A stretch of 61,421 nt of DNA from Candidatus Omnitrophota bacterium (GCA_043797125.1 JAZDPX010000049.1:1-61421), one strand, 5' to 3'; counted from the stretch's first letter, positions 8,515 through 18,964 are shown. The notes: a model not told the origin generated them from the sequence alone. Program-made: numbers and translations.

Positions 8515-9906
8515 ATGAGATTATTAACCACAATTTGTGCCTTAGCGCTTGTATTGGCACTATGCGTGCCAGCTTTTGCTGAAACACAAAATGTAAAGGT
8601 TAGCGGAGACATCAGTGTATATCATGTTTACCAGAGAAACCTTGATTTAAACAAGGACGATGGTGATGCGGGCGCTGGAGATACAGCCGCGACCAATGAT
8701 ACAAGTGATTCCGATAACTTTTTTGCACAACAGGTTGGCTTGAATGTTAGCGCTGATCTGACAGATAACGTTTCAACATATGTGAGACTAATTAATGAGA
8801 GAGACTGGACCGTCAATGCTACCACCAATAATTTTGACGTAGAGCTAGATCAGGCATATGCTACTTTACGCGAAGTATTATATGCACCCCTGACTCTTAA
8901 AATCGGACGTCAAGATTTGTTTTTTGGAAGAGGCTTAATCATCGGCAGCAACGCCACAACATGGAATAACAACGGTGAACTTGGCATTGCAGAATACAGC
9001 GATCATAAGGCATTCGATGCAGTAAGAGCAACTTTAGATTATGATCCATGGACCATTGACCTTGTCTGCTCAAAGATCGATGAAGATGGCAACATGATAC
9101 AGGATGATACCGATCTTTATGGTTTAAACATTGGTTATCTGTTTGATAAATATCAGGCAGAAGCAGAAGCCTATGTGTTTCACAGACATGATCAGTCAAA
9201 CAAGCCTTTGATAGCAGCTAACACAAAGGACTTTGACACGAATGAATGCACAACATGGGGCGCTCGCGGCTCATTTGTACCATATGAAAGCTTGAATATG
9301 TGGGTAGAAGCAGCTGCGCAGACAGGCAAAGAACATGATACCACGCTGGAAACCACAAGAAAAGATAGAGAAGCATACCTGCTTAATGCAGGTGGCGACT
9401 ATACCTTTACAGATATAAAGTGGGATCCTATGATAGGGCTTGAGTATCTGTATCTTTCAGGTGAGCCTCAGGATAATCTAACAGGCGCAGGGCAGTTTGA
9501 AGGTTGGGATCCTATGTATAGGGGAAGAGCCCTAAACATAATCCGTGATTTTATGGATAACTTGTATAATTCAGATGCAGTAACCGCAGGCACCTTTAGA
9601 AGAGGAAGAAGCAGCGGGCAAACCAACCAGAGTTCAGTCGGATTATCAGGCGGTTTGGATTTGCTAGAAGACCTGGCATTGGATGCAAAACTCAGCATGT
9701 TTTGGGCTGAGGAACCATTGCTTGCAGCTTCAAGTGACAAAGAAATAGGCCAGGAGCTTGATGGTTACTTGACCTATGATTACACTGAAGATGTAGAGTT
9801 TAAACTTGCTGGCGGAGTATTTTGGCCAGATAAAGTTTATGAAGCAGTGAATAGCTGCGATGATATGGCAAGCAAAGTTGTTTCTTCAGTAAAGGTTGAG
9901 TTCTAA
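8515..9906 (+). CDS. Outer-membrane beta-barrel porin (alginate-export-like family)
   Basis: Signal peptide (AFA), LKIGRQDL..GRG motif, amphipathic strands, C-terminal Phe. Confidence 0.8.
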   Translation: MRLLTTICALALVLALCVPAFAETQNVKVSGDISVYHVYQRNLDLNKDDGDAGAGDTAATNDTSDSDNFFAQQVGLNVSADLTDNVSTYVRLINERDWTVNATTNNFDVELDQAYATLREVLYAPLTLKIGRQDLFFGRGLIIGSNATTWNNNGELGIAEYSDHKAFDAVRATLDYDPWTIDLVCSKIDEDGNMIQDDTDLYGLNIGYLFDKYQAEAEAYVFHRHDQSNKPLIAANTKDFDTNECTTWGARGSFVPYESLNMWVEAAAQTGKEHDTTLETTRKDREAYLLNAGGDYTFTDIKWDPMIGLEYLYLSGEPQDNLTGAGQFEGWDPMYRGRALNIIRDFMDNLYNSDAVTAGTFRRGRSSGQTNQSSVGLSGGLDLLEDLALDAKLSMFWAEEPLLAASSDKEIGQELDGYLTYDYTEDVEFKLAGGVFWPDKVYEAVNSCDDMASKVVSSVKVEF

Positions 9907-9918
9907 GCATAGTATCAA

Positions 9919-9950
9919 TTAGTAGCGCAGGCTTAAGCCTGCACTACTAA
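9919..9950. repeat. GTAG-type REP-like palindrome
   Basis: TTAGTAGCGCAGGCTTAAGCCTGCACTACTAA. Confidence 0.85.
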
Positions 9951-9952
9951 GC

Positions 9953-9987
9953 AAAAAGACCCCCCTAAAATTCGGGGGGTCTTTTTT
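9953..9987 (+). terminator. Intrinsic terminator after the porin
   Basis: AAAAAGACCCCCC-loop-GGGGGGTCTTTTTT. Confidence 0.85.
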
Positions 9988-10043
9988 ATATTGACACTTC
10001 GTCTTTGTATTACTATAATACTAGATAAAGGACAGGTAACCAT

Positions 10044-10403
10044 ATGAAGCAATTTATTTCAGTATTCATTATTATGTTGATATCTGCTATTGCTGGATGC
10101 GCAGAGATAACGCCTCCTTCACCGGAAGCCATTATTTCTCCCTGGAGCTCAATGCCTAATATTAGATTAGGCGATACCAAAGAAGATGTTATTAGCAGAT
10201 GGGGGGAGCCGGATGAAAAAAATGAAATAGGAGTGGATGAGTTAGGGGTTTCCAAGCAAGAGTGGGTCTATTACGGAAGATATCCTGTGGCTATTGTTGA
10301 TTATCAATATCTTTCCAAGACAAAGTACCTTTATTTTGAGGGCAATATCCTGGTCCGCCAGGAAACTAAATCAACCCCGCGGTTTCCGCAAAAAAATAAT
10401 TAA
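10044..10403 (+). CDS. Lipoprotein, SmpA/BamE-like fold
   Basis: Lipobox IAGC. LGDTKEDVISRWGEPD...WVY motif. Confidence 0.65.
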   Translation: MKQFISVFIIMLISAIAGCAEITPPSPEAIISPWSSMPNIRLGDTKEDVISRWGEPDEKNEIGVDELGVSKQEWVYYGRYPVAIVDYQYLSKTKYLYFEGNILVRQETKSTPRFPQKNN

Positions 10404-10409
10404 TCTTAT

Positions 10410-10886
10410 ATGCGCGGCATTTTAGTTGCTATAGTTGCAATAATTGTTTTTGGCACGACAGCTGTTTTATTATGGCTGCGCGAGAAAAAGCGCACAGATA
10501 AAATATGCGCTAAATTGGATTCATATTATTCCGGTTTAAAAGAAAAGCGCAAAAGCATACGTATTAAGGAAAACCTGGATGTAGTGTGCAAGGTAACCGA
10601 GGTTTCAAACAGCCACTGGTCTGTTTTCAGCAAAGATATATCCGGCGAGGGCATATGTCTACACATGCCGGAAATTTTACCGGAGAACGCAAACATAGAG
10701 CTTGTAATTGTCATTCCTGAGTCCAAGCGTGTATCAGCGCGAGGCAGGGTTGTCTGGGTAAAAGAGGCGGAGACTTCAGGTTCTGACGGAAAGCGGCAGT
10801 TTAACGCAGGAATACAATTTACCAAAATCAACCCAGCGGACAAAGATGTTTTAGTTGATTTTATCAAGAGCTCTTTGAGCGCTTAA
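10410..10886 (+). CDS. Membrane-anchored PilZ-domain protein
   Basis: N-terminal TM helix, KRKSIR, DISGEG. Confidence 0.85.
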   Translation: MRGILVAIVAIIVFGTTAVLLWLREKKRTDKICAKLDSYYSGLKEKRKSIRIKENLDVVCKVTEVSNSHWSVFSKDISGEGICLHMPEILPENANIELVIVIPESKRVSARGRVVWVKEAETSGSDGKRQFNAGIQFTKINPADKDVLVDFIKSSLSA

Positions 10887-10901
10887 AAAACGGGAGGGAG
10901 T

Positions 10902-11153
10902 ATGAACAAAACCATAGTAACATTTGATAAGAACAAGTTTGAGGAAATAAGGGTGGGGGTAAAAGAATATAAAGGTTTTGACCTGATAGACTTTAGGGTC
11001 TGGGTGGAATCTAAAGAAGTCGGAGAAAAAGTACCCACGGCAAAAGGGCTTTCTTTAAGCATAGAGCTGTTTCCAAGGCTTAAAGACGCTATCTTACAGC
11101 TCGAAAAGGTATTGAAAGATAATGATATGCTTCCTGATCAAAGGACAGCATAG
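10902..11153 (+). CDS. PC4/p15-like ssDNA-binding protein
   Basis: EIRVGVKEYKG..LIDFRVW...PTAKGLSL. Confidence 0.8.
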   Translation: MNKTIVTFDKNKFEEIRVGVKEYKGFDLIDFRVWVESKEVGEKVPTAKGLSLSIELFPRLKDAILQLEKVLKDNDMLPDQRTA

Positions 11154-11171
11154 TATTGATAATTGTTGATA

Positions 11172-11750
11172 ATGCTAAAACCTGCCAGCTTCGGCAATTT
11201 AATACAACGTTGCGTTGATGAAGACACTCAAGCATGGTCTGAATTAATAAACAGTTTTTCTCGCCTTGTATTTTTCGCTGTTCATAGTAAGATCAAAAAA
11301 CTTCATATTTACCTTCCGCCATCCGATATATATGATATCTGCCAAAATGTATTCATATCAATCTGGCAAAAGCAGAAACTAAAAACCGTAAAGCATCCTG
11401 AAAATATCAAACGCTGGCTTGCGGCAGTAGCAGAGAACGCCGCTCTTGATTATGTAAAGTCAAGAAAGTTTATTATAGACAAAAACAATGAAGAGATAAA
11501 TAACCTGGTTTTTTGTTATACGCCCAGGGAACATGCTGACGCAGAACAGCTTAACGAGGATATAGAGCTTTTTATGGACAGCCTCCCTTTTAATCAGAGG
11601 CGCGTCGGCGTGCTGGATCTGTTCTATGGCTTAAAATACTCGCAAATAGCTAAGATAGTTGATTTGCCTCTTGGAACCGTAGCCACCGCGGTAAAAAAGA
11701 TAAAAACAGCCTTAAAACAGCACCTTCTAATCAACGGTTACAATGTTTAG
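11172..11750 (+). CDS. ECF-family RNA polymerase sigma factor
   Basis: Region 2 DICQNVFISIW..WL...AEN.ALD. Region 4 GLKYSQIAKIVDLPLGTV. Confidence 0.85.
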   Translation: MLKPASFGNLIQRCVDEDTQAWSELINSFSRLVFFAVHSKIKKLHIYLPPSDIYDICQNVFISIWQKQKLKTVKHPENIKRWLAAVAENAALDYVKSRKFIIDKNNEEINNLVFCYTPREHADAEQLNEDIELFMDSLPFNQRRVGVLDLFYGLKYSQIAKIVDLPLGTVATAVKKIKTALKQHLLINGYNV

Positions 11751-11810
11751 TATTTGCTTTTTGGCTTGATTTAACCTTGCTGCGGCAGTATCATATTATA
11801 TTAAAAAGAG

Positions 11811-11850
11811 CCTGCTGCCATGCCTAACGGCAGGTAAACCGGCAGGCAGG
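11811..11850. repeat. Two nested copies of the 20-bp CCTGCC palindrome inside an RBS
   Basis: AAGAG|CCTGC...ACCGGCAGGCAGG|GAG; 40 nt. Confidence 0.7.
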
Positions 11851-11859
11851 GAGTTTCTA

Positions 11860-12939
11860 ATGAGAAACGTATTTATTTTTACTGTAATTATAAGCTTTAT
11901 CTTTACTTGCGCTCTCCTAGCGCAGGAACCAAATGGCGATCCTACCAAAGACGCTGCAGTTAAAGACTACAACGCCGAGGGAGAAGCGTTATTTAAGGCT
12001 GGTAATACGGGTGGCGCTATTATCGCGTTTCAAAAGGCGCTCGAAGCCAATCCAAACGATGAAAAAGCCTATGAAAATTTGGGAACACTGTATTTATCGA
12101 CATCGAATTATGACGATGCTATAAACACCTTTAACAAGTTAATAGAAATTGCGCCAAATTCCGTTACAGCCTATCGCAAACTTGTTTTAATATACAGTAT
12201 GAGAGGTAAGTACAGCGAACTAATATCAACAGCAGAACAGGCAATTAAACTGGACCCCAATAACATGGGCATCATTAGCCATTTAGCCAATGCTTACATT
12301 AAGCAGCAGGAATATGATAAGGCAGTTACGTATTTAAATAAATTAATTGAACAAAATGTGGGCCATCCCAGGATTTACAGTCTTTTGGCAGAGGCCTATT
12401 GCGGATTGTCAGACGAAAAAAAGGCAAGAGAGGTATTTGAAAAAAGCTATTACATGACAAGAGAAACCACAGCCTTTGAGAATGCCCCGGAGAAAGTCCG
12501 CGATGTAAATTCGCTTTTTGATGAAATGAGGGCCGGGGTGCTGGCTAAAAGAGCAAGCAAATGCATTGCAGACGGTAAGCAGGATGAAGGATTGGAATAT
12601 TATAAAAAGGCATTTGAGCTTAATCCAAAAAGTTTTGATGTATGTTACGCGCTTGCCGCCATATACGAAGTAAAAGAGGAACCAGAAAAGGTAAACTTTT
12701 ATCTTAAAAAAGCAGTTGAATTAAATCCTGAATCACTGCAGCTGATTATGGATTCCCCGTATTTTATTTCTTTTAAGGACAGCAAGGAACTTAAAGAGTT
12801 GACGCAAAAGGCAAAGAAGCAAGAAGAGCAGAAGAAAGGCGAGCAGGCACAACAACAGCAGCCGCAACAACAAGCAAACGAGCAGGCACAACAACAGCCA
12901 GAGCAGCAAAAAGAAAAGCAGAACGACAGCATAGAGTGA
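11860..12939 (+). CDS. Secreted tetratricopeptide-repeat protein with Gln-rich tail
   Basis: Signal peptide, multiple TPR repeats, Q/E-rich C-terminus. Confidence 0.85.
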   Translation: MRNVFIFTVIISFIFTCALLAQEPNGDPTKDAAVKDYNAEGEALFKAGNTGGAIIAFQKALEANPNDEKAYENLGTLYLSTSNYDDAINTFNKLIEIAPNSVTAYRKLVLIYSMRGKYSELISTAEQAIKLDPNNMGIISHLANAYIKQQEYDKAVTYLNKLIEQNVGHPRIYSLLAEAYCGLSDEKKAREVFEKSYYMTRETTAFENAPEKVRDVNSLFDEMRAGVLAKRASKCIADGKQDEGLEYYKKAFELNPKSFDVCYALAAIYEVKEEPEKVNFYLKKAVELNPESLQLIMDSPYFISFKDSKELKELTQKAKKQEEQKKGEQAQQQQPQQQANEQAQQQPEQQKEKQNDSIE

Positions 12940-12991
12940 AATAGCTGTCGTTATAATACCCTAAAAAGATTATAATAGTATCTCGACTCGG

Positions 12992-13021
12992 ACGTAGCGC
13001 AGGCTTAAGCCTGCGCTACGT
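12992..13021. repeat. GTAG-type REP-like palindrome
   Basis: ACGTAGCGCAGGCTTAAGCCTGCGCTACGT (perfect). Confidence 0.88.
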
Positions 13022-13037
13022 TTGGAGGCCTTCCAAT

Positions 13038-14477
13038 ATGCAAATAAAGGATTTAAAAATAGCTTTAGTGTCATTGCAGCAGGATGCTGAAAGGGTTCCG
13101 CCTGTAGGCCTAGTTTATCTTGCAACCTATTTAAAAGAAAAAGCAGGTTTAAACAGCAAAAATATCAGGATAATTGATAAAAATTATTTTGATATTTACA
13201 ACGAGATAGACACCTTTAACCCGCACATAATAGGCATTAGCGCGATGACTGTCAATTATCAGGAGGCGACAGATTTTGCCTTTAAGATTAAAAGAAAAGT
13301 CAACACTACTATTATAATCGGCGGCGTTCATATTTCAACACTTCCTGAATCTTTCAGGCAGTGTTTTGATATCGGGGTAATCGGTGAAGGCGAAGAAACT
13401 CTTGCGGATTTAGCCAGGCTTTATGCGGAAAAAGGAAAATTTGATTATGAAGGCCTTGAGGAAATAAAAAGTATTATATATTATAAAAACAACGAGATTA
13501 AGCAAAGCCCGATACGCGATTCATTGGAATTGGATTCGCTGCCTTTGGCTGATTTTAGTTTTGCGCATCCTAATTATTTTAGAAAAGAAGAGATACCGGG
13601 AATAAGCTCTGTCGGCAAAAAATATTATTTAATTTCCTCAAGAGGCTGCCCTTACAGGTGCCTATTTTGTTCTACTGCGCGGTTCTGGGGCAAGATGAGG
13701 CTTCATTCCCCGGAATATACCGCCCGCATAGCTGAAAAGGCACTTAAGGAATATGATGCCGATTTTTTAAAGGTTTTGGATGATTTATTTACTGTCAGCC
13801 CGCAACGCCTAAGGCTGATAAAGACAGAATTTGAAAAAAAAGGAATTCTTGACAAGATAGCAGGCATAGAGTGCTTCGTAAGGGCCAACCTTGTTACCGA
13901 GGAACTTTGCAAGGCAATGAAGGACATAAAGGTAAAAGTGGTGAATTTTGGGTTTGAATCAGGCTCAGAAAAAATATTGGGTTATTTAAAGGCAGGCAGC
14001 GTGACAGTGCAAATGAACAAAGACGCGGTCCTTTTGTGTAAAAAGTACGGTTTTAACGTTTACGGAAGCCTGATGTATGGTTCGCCTACGGAGACAATCC
14101 ATGATATGAAAAAGACCAATGAGTTTATAGACTTCTGCATAGAAAATAACGCATCCTATATTTGGAGTTTTGTATCAACGCCTTTTCCAGACACCCCTTT
14201 CTGGGATATAGCTTTACAGAGAGGCAAGGTTTCCAATGATATGGATTTTGGCCTGTTGAGCCACCATAATGCCGAAAGGCCCTTGCTTTTGGATGAAGGT
14301 ATAAGCACCGAAGAATTTCAAAAAGTTTTTTTAGATGGGAGAAGAAAATTAAGGTCCATGAAATTGAAACTGATTAAAAACTTGATATTGAAGAATTTTC
14401 CAAAAACATTATCATTGGCTGTAAAAGAACCGGGCTATTACGCTAAAAGGGCGTATAGACAGATATTCAAGCAATAG
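13038..14477 (+). CDS. B12-binding radical SAM protein
   Basis: PPVGLVYLA...GGVH...GEGE cobalamin-binding domain. SRGCPYRCLFC and GFESGS. Confidence 0.9.
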   Translation: MQIKDLKIALVSLQQDAERVPPVGLVYLATYLKEKAGLNSKNIRIIDKNYFDIYNEIDTFNPHIIGISAMTVNYQEATDFAFKIKRKVNTTIIIGGVHISTLPESFRQCFDIGVIGEGEETLADLARLYAEKGKFDYEGLEEIKSIIYYKNNEIKQSPIRDSLELDSLPLADFSFAHPNYFRKEEIPGISSVGKKYYLISSRGCPYRCLFCSTARFWGKMRLHSPEYTARIAEKALKEYDADFLKVLDDLFTVSPQRLRLIKTEFEKKGILDKIAGIECFVRANLVTEELCKAMKDIKVKVVNFGFESGSEKILGYLKAGSVTVQMNKDAVLLCKKYGFNVYGSLMYGSPTETIHDMKKTNEFIDFCIENNASYIWSFVSTPFPDTPFWDIALQRGKVSNDMDFGLLSHHNAERPLLLDEGISTEEFQKVFLDGRRKLRSMKLKLIKNLILKNFPKTLSLAVKEPGYYAKRAYRQIFKQ

Positions 14478-14523
14478 CCCGCCTGGCGGGCGAGGCAGGC
14501 CCGCCTGCGGCCGAGAGGGCAAG
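14478..14523. repeat. Two diverged tandem CCTGCC-family copies inside an RBS
   Basis: ATAG|CCCGCCTG...GGCAGG CCCGCCTG...GGCAAG|GAG. Confidence 0.6.
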
Positions 14524-14532
14524 GAGAATAAA

Positions 14533-15327
14533 ATGAATGCTGAAAAACCAAAGATATTAGTTGTTGATGATGAGCCTGACATAGTCGAGCTTTTAAAGCG
14601 TTTTCTTGAAAAGAAGGGATATGAAGTTACGGGGGCGCATAGCGGGAACGAAGCTCTTAAAAGCCTGGAAAAGCAAAAGGCGGATTTGGTGCTGCTTGAT
14701 ATGAAAATGCCCGGGCTTAACGGCGCAGAAGTAGCCAAGATTGCGAAACGAAAATATCCCAGCACAAAGTTTGTCATGCTGACCGGCTTCCCGAATTCGG
14801 CAGAAAAGTTAGCAAAGGCCAATATCCTGGAAGACATATTAATAAAGCCCATCAAGATGCAGGAATTGTTCAATCGTTTAATAGACATTCTAGGACAGGA
14901 AAAAGATGCTACAACATGGAAGCCCCAGCAGAAGATAAAGGGCAGAATTCTCCTTATCAAGGCAAAACTGCTTTTTCTGGAACCAAGTTCAATTACTTAC
15001 AATCTGCTAAGCGAGCATTTTAAATTGCTTTCAGCAGCAGGTGAAGATTATGAAACGCAACAGGCCGGCACAGAAGATGAGGTTCATAAGAAATCGATAT
15101 TATTCAAGCCAAATATATACATAGCGAATGCTTCCTTTTTAAAAAAGAAAGGCAATAAGCTTATTTCCTCTATACCGGAAGAAAGCTATCCGTATCCCGA
15201 GATTATTACCTATGATACGGATAAAGCAGGAAACATTGATAATGCAGAGATAGATAAAGTAACTAAGGCTGTACAGACAACTTGCTTAAAACACGGATTT
15301 ATCGGCATTAAATGGATAGATATTTAA
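14533..15327 (+). CDS. Response regulator (receiver domain + degenerate second receiver-like region)
   Basis: ILVVDDE, LLDMKMPG, KP motifs. Confidence 0.85.
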   Translation: MNAEKPKILVVDDEPDIVELLKRFLEKKGYEVTGAHSGNEALKSLEKQKADLVLLDMKMPGLNGAEVAKIAKRKYPSTKFVMLTGFPNSAEKLAKANILEDILIKPIKMQELFNRLIDILGQEKDATTWKPQQKIKGRILLIKAKLLFLEPSSITYNLLSEHFKLLSAAGEDYETQQAGTEDEVHKKSILFKPNIYIANASFLKKKGNKLISSIPEESYPYPEIITYDTDKAGNIDNAEIDKVTKAVQTTCLKHGFIGIKWIDI

Positions 15328-15384
15328 GATAACACTTTTATCTTGATTTACTTTTAATGTAAGCGTATTATATCCATAATAAAG

Positions 15385-15424
15385 CCTGCCTGCCGGCAGG
15401 CAGGCCTGCCTTGCGGCAGGCAAG
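15385..15424. repeat. Two tandem 20-bp CCTGCC palindromes inside an RBS
   Basis: AAAG|CCTGCCTGCCGGCAGGCAGG CCTGCCTTGCGGCAGGCAAG|GAGAG. Confidence 0.85.
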
Positions 15425-15433
15425 GAGAGAAAG

Positions 15434-16285
15434 ATGAACAGAATAATTGTATTAATTGCGGTGATGGTGTTTTTGTTTGGGACGATTTGTTCTGCGGACA
15501 TGTCCAAGAAGCATACGCTGGATGTCGGGACCGAAGTGTACATGACTAGATTAGAACAGGGAAATGAAGCGGAAGAGCGAGGCATGATGTATGGCGGTGT
15601 CGGTTCTTATACCTATCGCGGCGCAATTTTTCCGGCCGAGGAACTTAACAGGATGATGTTTAAAGCAAAGGGGCAAGTTGCCAGAGGAGAAGCGGATTAC
15701 AACAATACCGGAGATATAGATGATGTATCTCAATGGACTTGGGCAATGGAGTTTCTGTTCGGTTATGGTGTAGTTATTTCAGAGTCATTTGGAATTACGC
15801 CTTTTTTAGGGGCAGGACATAGATATTTTTGCGACGAGCTTGATGGCTTGGTTAGCACGACAAATGAAAGCGGGTACAAAAGAGAATCAAGGTATTATTA
15901 TATCCCTGTTGGCTTGGAGCTTACCACAGACACTGAAAGAGATGAGTCATTTGGCACATCGCAGGGATGGTCTTTTGGGGGCTCGGTAGAATTTGATATT
16001 TTTGTAAAGGGCAGGCAGAAAAATTATTATACAGATGCTGACCCTGCTGCCAGTGATTTTGAAGTAGATCAGGAAGAAGGCTATGGCTGGGGAGGCTCAA
16101 TAAAAATTCAGAAAAACGGAGAAAATTTAGATTTTGCAATAGAGCCTTTTGCAAGGTTATGGAATACTAACGAGACAGAAACAGAAGGAAACATTAACCT
16201 ACCGAACAATTCAATCCCCGCGCACAATTACGAGCCAAAGACCGAAATATTAGAATACGGCGCCAGGGTCACGCTCGCATTTTAA
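15434..16285 (+). CDS. Outer-membrane beta-barrel protein
   Basis: Signal peptide, Gly/aromatic alternating strands, C-terminal Phe. Confidence 0.75.
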   Translation: MNRIIVLIAVMVFLFGTICSADMSKKHTLDVGTEVYMTRLEQGNEAEERGMMYGGVGSYTYRGAIFPAEELNRMMFKAKGQVARGEADYNNTGDIDDVSQWTWAMEFLFGYGVVISESFGITPFLGAGHRYFCDELDGLVSTTNESGYKRESRYYYIPVGLELTTDTERDESFGTSQGWSFGGSVEFDIFVKGRQKNYYTDADPAASDFEVDQEEGYGWGGSIKIQKNGENLDFAIEPFARLWNTNETETEGNINLPNNSIPAHNYEPKTEILEYGARVTLAF

Positions 16286-16292
16286 ATCTTCA

Positions 16293-16318
16293 GTAGCGCA
16301 GGCTTAAGCCTGCGCTAC
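16293..16318. repeat. GTAG-type REP-like palindrome
   Basis: GTAGCGCAGGCTTAAGCCTGCGCTAC between convergent genes. Confidence 0.88.
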
Positions 16319-16358
16319 GGTTGTGGATAAGTTTGCCATCGTGCAGTTTGTGAAAAGA

Positions 16359-17888
16359 TTACTCCAGCCACAGCTTCCTGTCTAAACTGCGGTAGCTGAT
16401 GGCTTCGGATATATGAACAGCTTCTATTAATTCCTTCCCATCCATATCAGCAATAGTCCTTGCGACTTTTCTTATTCTGTCATATGCCCTCGCGCTTAAG
16501 GATAATTCGGTAATAGCCAGCTTAAGAAGCCTGGATGCCTCTTCGGTTAAGTGGCAGAATTTATCCATGTATTTTGGCGTAAGCTGCGCGTTTGAGTTTA
16601 TGCCAAGAGATTCGTATCTTAATTTTTGTATTCTTTTAGCCGCCATTACGCGTTTTTTTATTTCACAGGAGCTTTCAGCCTTGTTTTTATCAATCAGCTG
16701 GGAATATTGCAGAGGCGCAACCTCTATCTGGATGTCTATTCTGTCTAAGAGCGGGCCTGATATTTTATTTAAATAATGCTGAATTTGCACAGGCGTGCAG
16801 CTGCACTCCTTGGTCGGATGCGTGAGAAACCCGCACGGGCAGGGATTCATTGCCGCAACAAGCATGAATTTGGCGGGATATTCTACGGAGCCCGTGACGC
16901 GCGTAATCTGTATTTTACCGTCCTCCAGCGGTTGGCGAAGGCCCTCCAGGATATTTCTTTTAAATTCAGGTAACTCATCCAAAAATAATATCCCGTTGTG
17001 CGCCAGGCTTATTTCGCCCGGCGCAAGCATGGTGCCGCCGCCTAACATGCCGGCATCGGATACGGAGTGGTGAAGGCAGCGGAATGGCCTTTGCTGAATT
17101 AAAAAAGAATTAGTTTTTGTTAATCCGGCGACGCTATGTATTTTTGTGGTTTCCAATGACTCTTCATAGCTTAAGTCATCCAATATCGCCGGTATTCTTT
17201 GCGCCAGCATTGTCTTGCCCTCGCCCGGAGGCCCTATCATCAGGATGTTGTGGGATCCTGCTGTGGCTATCTCTATAGCTCTTTTTGCGTGCTGGTTGCC
17301 CTTAACGTCACAAAAATCAGGCATTACCCAGTCATGTCCGCTTATATCTTTTTTAACCACCTCTTTATACGCAGAAAGCACAATCTCGCCTTTTAAAAAA
17401 CTTGCAAGCTGATTTAAAGTTTCTATCGGGATAACGCGGCAGTCCTTCACCATGGCCGCTTCAGCCGCATTAGCGCTGGGGACCATAAAGGTTTTATCTT
17501 TTTCAACGCTCATCGCGCGCGGCAAGACACCGCTTACAGGCCTTACGATACCGTCTAAGGATAATTCTCCGCATATTATTATGTCTTTTAATGCCTCTTG
17601 TTGTAATGCGCCCCTTGCGGTAAGGATGCCTACAGCGATAGCCAAATCAAAACAAGAACCTTCTTTTTTTATGTTCGCCGGAGCCAGATTAACCGTTATT
17701 TTTGACGAGTTAAAATTAAAGTGAGAATTTCTTATGGCGGATATTACCCTTTTGGCTGATTCCCTGCAAGCTGCATCAGGCAATCCTACGATAGAAAAGC
17801 CGGGTATGCCTCCTGATACATCCACCTCAACATCAACCCTGCAGCCCTTAATGCCGTACGTTGTCCTTGATTCAACTTTTGCCAGCAT
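16359..17888 (-). CDS. comM: YifB/ComM family Mg-chelatase-like AAA+ ATPase
   Basis: IVGLPD, ITVNLAPA, GPPGEGKT, LFLDELPEF, AAMNPCPCG, ISGPLLDRID. Confidence 0.92.
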   Translation of the reverse strand: MLAKVESRTTYGIKGCRVDVEVDVSGGIPGFSIVGLPDAACRESAKRVISAIRNSHFNFNSSKITVNLAPANIKKEGSCFDLAIAVGILTARGALQQEALKDIIICGELSLDGIVRPVSGVLPRAMSVEKDKTFMVPSANAAEAAMVKDCRVIPIETLNQLASFLKGEIVLSAYKEVVKKDISGHDWVMPDFCDVKGNQHAKRAIEIATAGSHNILMIGPPGEGKTMLAQRIPAILDDLSYEESLETTKIHSVAGLTKTNSFLIQQRPFRCLHHSVSDAGMLGGGTMLAPGEISLAHNGILFLDELPEFKRNILEGLRQPLEDGKIQITRVTGSVEYPAKFMLVAAMNPCPCGFLTHPTKECSCTPVQIQHYLNKISGPLLDRIDIQIEVAPLQYSQLIDKNKAESSCEIKKRVMAAKRIQKLRYESLGINSNAQLTPKYMDKFCHLTEEASRLLKLAITELSLSARAYDRIRKVARTIADMDGKELIEAVHISEAISYRSLDRKLWLE

Positions 17889-17902
17889 AGCAGCCTCCTT
17901 AT

Positions 17903-18268
17903 TTAACCTTCGTCATCCCAAAAAGCGTCTTTAAACAGCCTCATCTGCGTCATCTTATAATTTTCGTCAAGCAGAATGGAGACAATATCAAACCTGCATA
18001 TATCATCTTCACATTTATGTTTACTCACCCATATTTTAGCGGCTTGTGTTAATTTCTTTTGTTTAATATAATCAACGGTTTCGAACGGTTCCGCAAACGA
18101 GTTTGATGCCCTAGCCCTTACTTCAATAAAGCACATGCATTCGCCATCTCTGGCAATTATATCGATCTCGCCGCACTTTAATCTAAAGTTCCTCTCAATA
18201 ATTTTATATCCCAGCCTCTTTAAATAGCTCAGCGCTATTCTCTCGCCGATAAGGCCTGTTTTATTCAT
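17903..18268 (-). CDS. yraN: YraN family endonuclease
   Basis: GE..A..YL...GY.I.ERNFR...GEIDII...FIEVR, RFD. Next to comM. Confidence 0.92.
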   Translation of the reverse strand: MNKTGLIGERIALSYLKRLGYKIIERNFRLKCGEIDIIARDGECMCFIEVRARASNSFAEPFETVDYIKQKKLTQAAKIWVSKHKCEDDICRFDIVSILLDENYKMTQMRLFKDAFWDDEG

Positions 18269-18319
18269 ATTAATTTAACGCATCCATTCTATCAGTTGCA
18301 GTTGCGTGCGAGGTTGCTA

Positions 18320-18546
18320 TAGGCTTAAGGCACTGCCGAAAAAACAATAGCGGAAGATTTGGCCACTTGTTTTGGGTGTAGGCAAAACATAGGAGTGCAG
18401 GCTGGGGAAACCGAATGAACCTTTGGATAGTAGGGCAGGCTAAAGCCTGCCCTACTATTTTCTGGTGAATTCGGAGGGGCCCCAGCCGAACGACTATAGT
18501 TTTGCACAAATCTGAAGCGTGTTTTTGAGGCAGTGCCTTAAGCCTA
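18320..18546. mobile_element. MITE-like rod-shaped element, copy A
   Basis: 18-bp terminal inverted repeats TAGGCTTAAGGCACTGCC, nested internal stems, central GTAG-REP at 18427-18458. Homologous (inverted) to 42040-42292. Confidence 0.78.
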
Positions 18547-18550
18547 ATAA

Positions 18551-18814
18551 TTACTCCTCATACGCCGACAGCACAATGCCTGCCAGCTTCTCCTTAAGCG
18601 CTTTATTTAGCAAATCAACAGTATTATACCAGCGCCCGTTTTTACCCTGCTCCTGCGGCATGCTTACAAATAGCCCTTCCTTGCCGGATACTATTCTTAA
18701 GCCCTTAATAAGGAAAGTCCCTGCAACAGATATGTCGGCAAAGCCTTTTAACGGGCCCTCGCCGCCTAGCCTGTGCATGCGCTCAACCCTTATTTCAATT
18801 CCTTCATTACCCAT
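18551..18814 (-). CDS. SpoVG family protein
   Basis: LKGFADI...F.IKGLRIV.GKEGLFVSMP. Confidence 0.88.
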   Translation of the reverse strand: MGNEGIEIRVERMHRLGGEGPLKGFADISVAGTFLIKGLRIVSGKEGLFVSMPQEQGKNGRWYNTVDLLNKALKEKLAGIVLSAYEE

Positions 18815-18964
18815 GTTATCCCCCTTTCCGGAGGCTGGAAGCCTCCTTCTTTTAATTTACCCCTCATATATATAGACGATTTTTTAGGGCAAATAATTTT
18901 AAAATAATCATATTTTTTTCGAATTTGCTTGAATTAGCAATTTTACAGTATTATAATAAGTTTA

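Noticed and set aside
12841-12910. Direct repeat GAGCAGGCACAACAACAGC in the TPR gene
   Set aside because: Ordinary in-frame duplication within a Gln-rich low-complexity tail.
18270-18509. Similar short ORFs at 18270-18509(-), 18325-18507(-) and 42080-42304(+)
   Set aside because: They are translations of the repeated hairpin element. The copy-B insertion shifts the frame, and there is no RBS.
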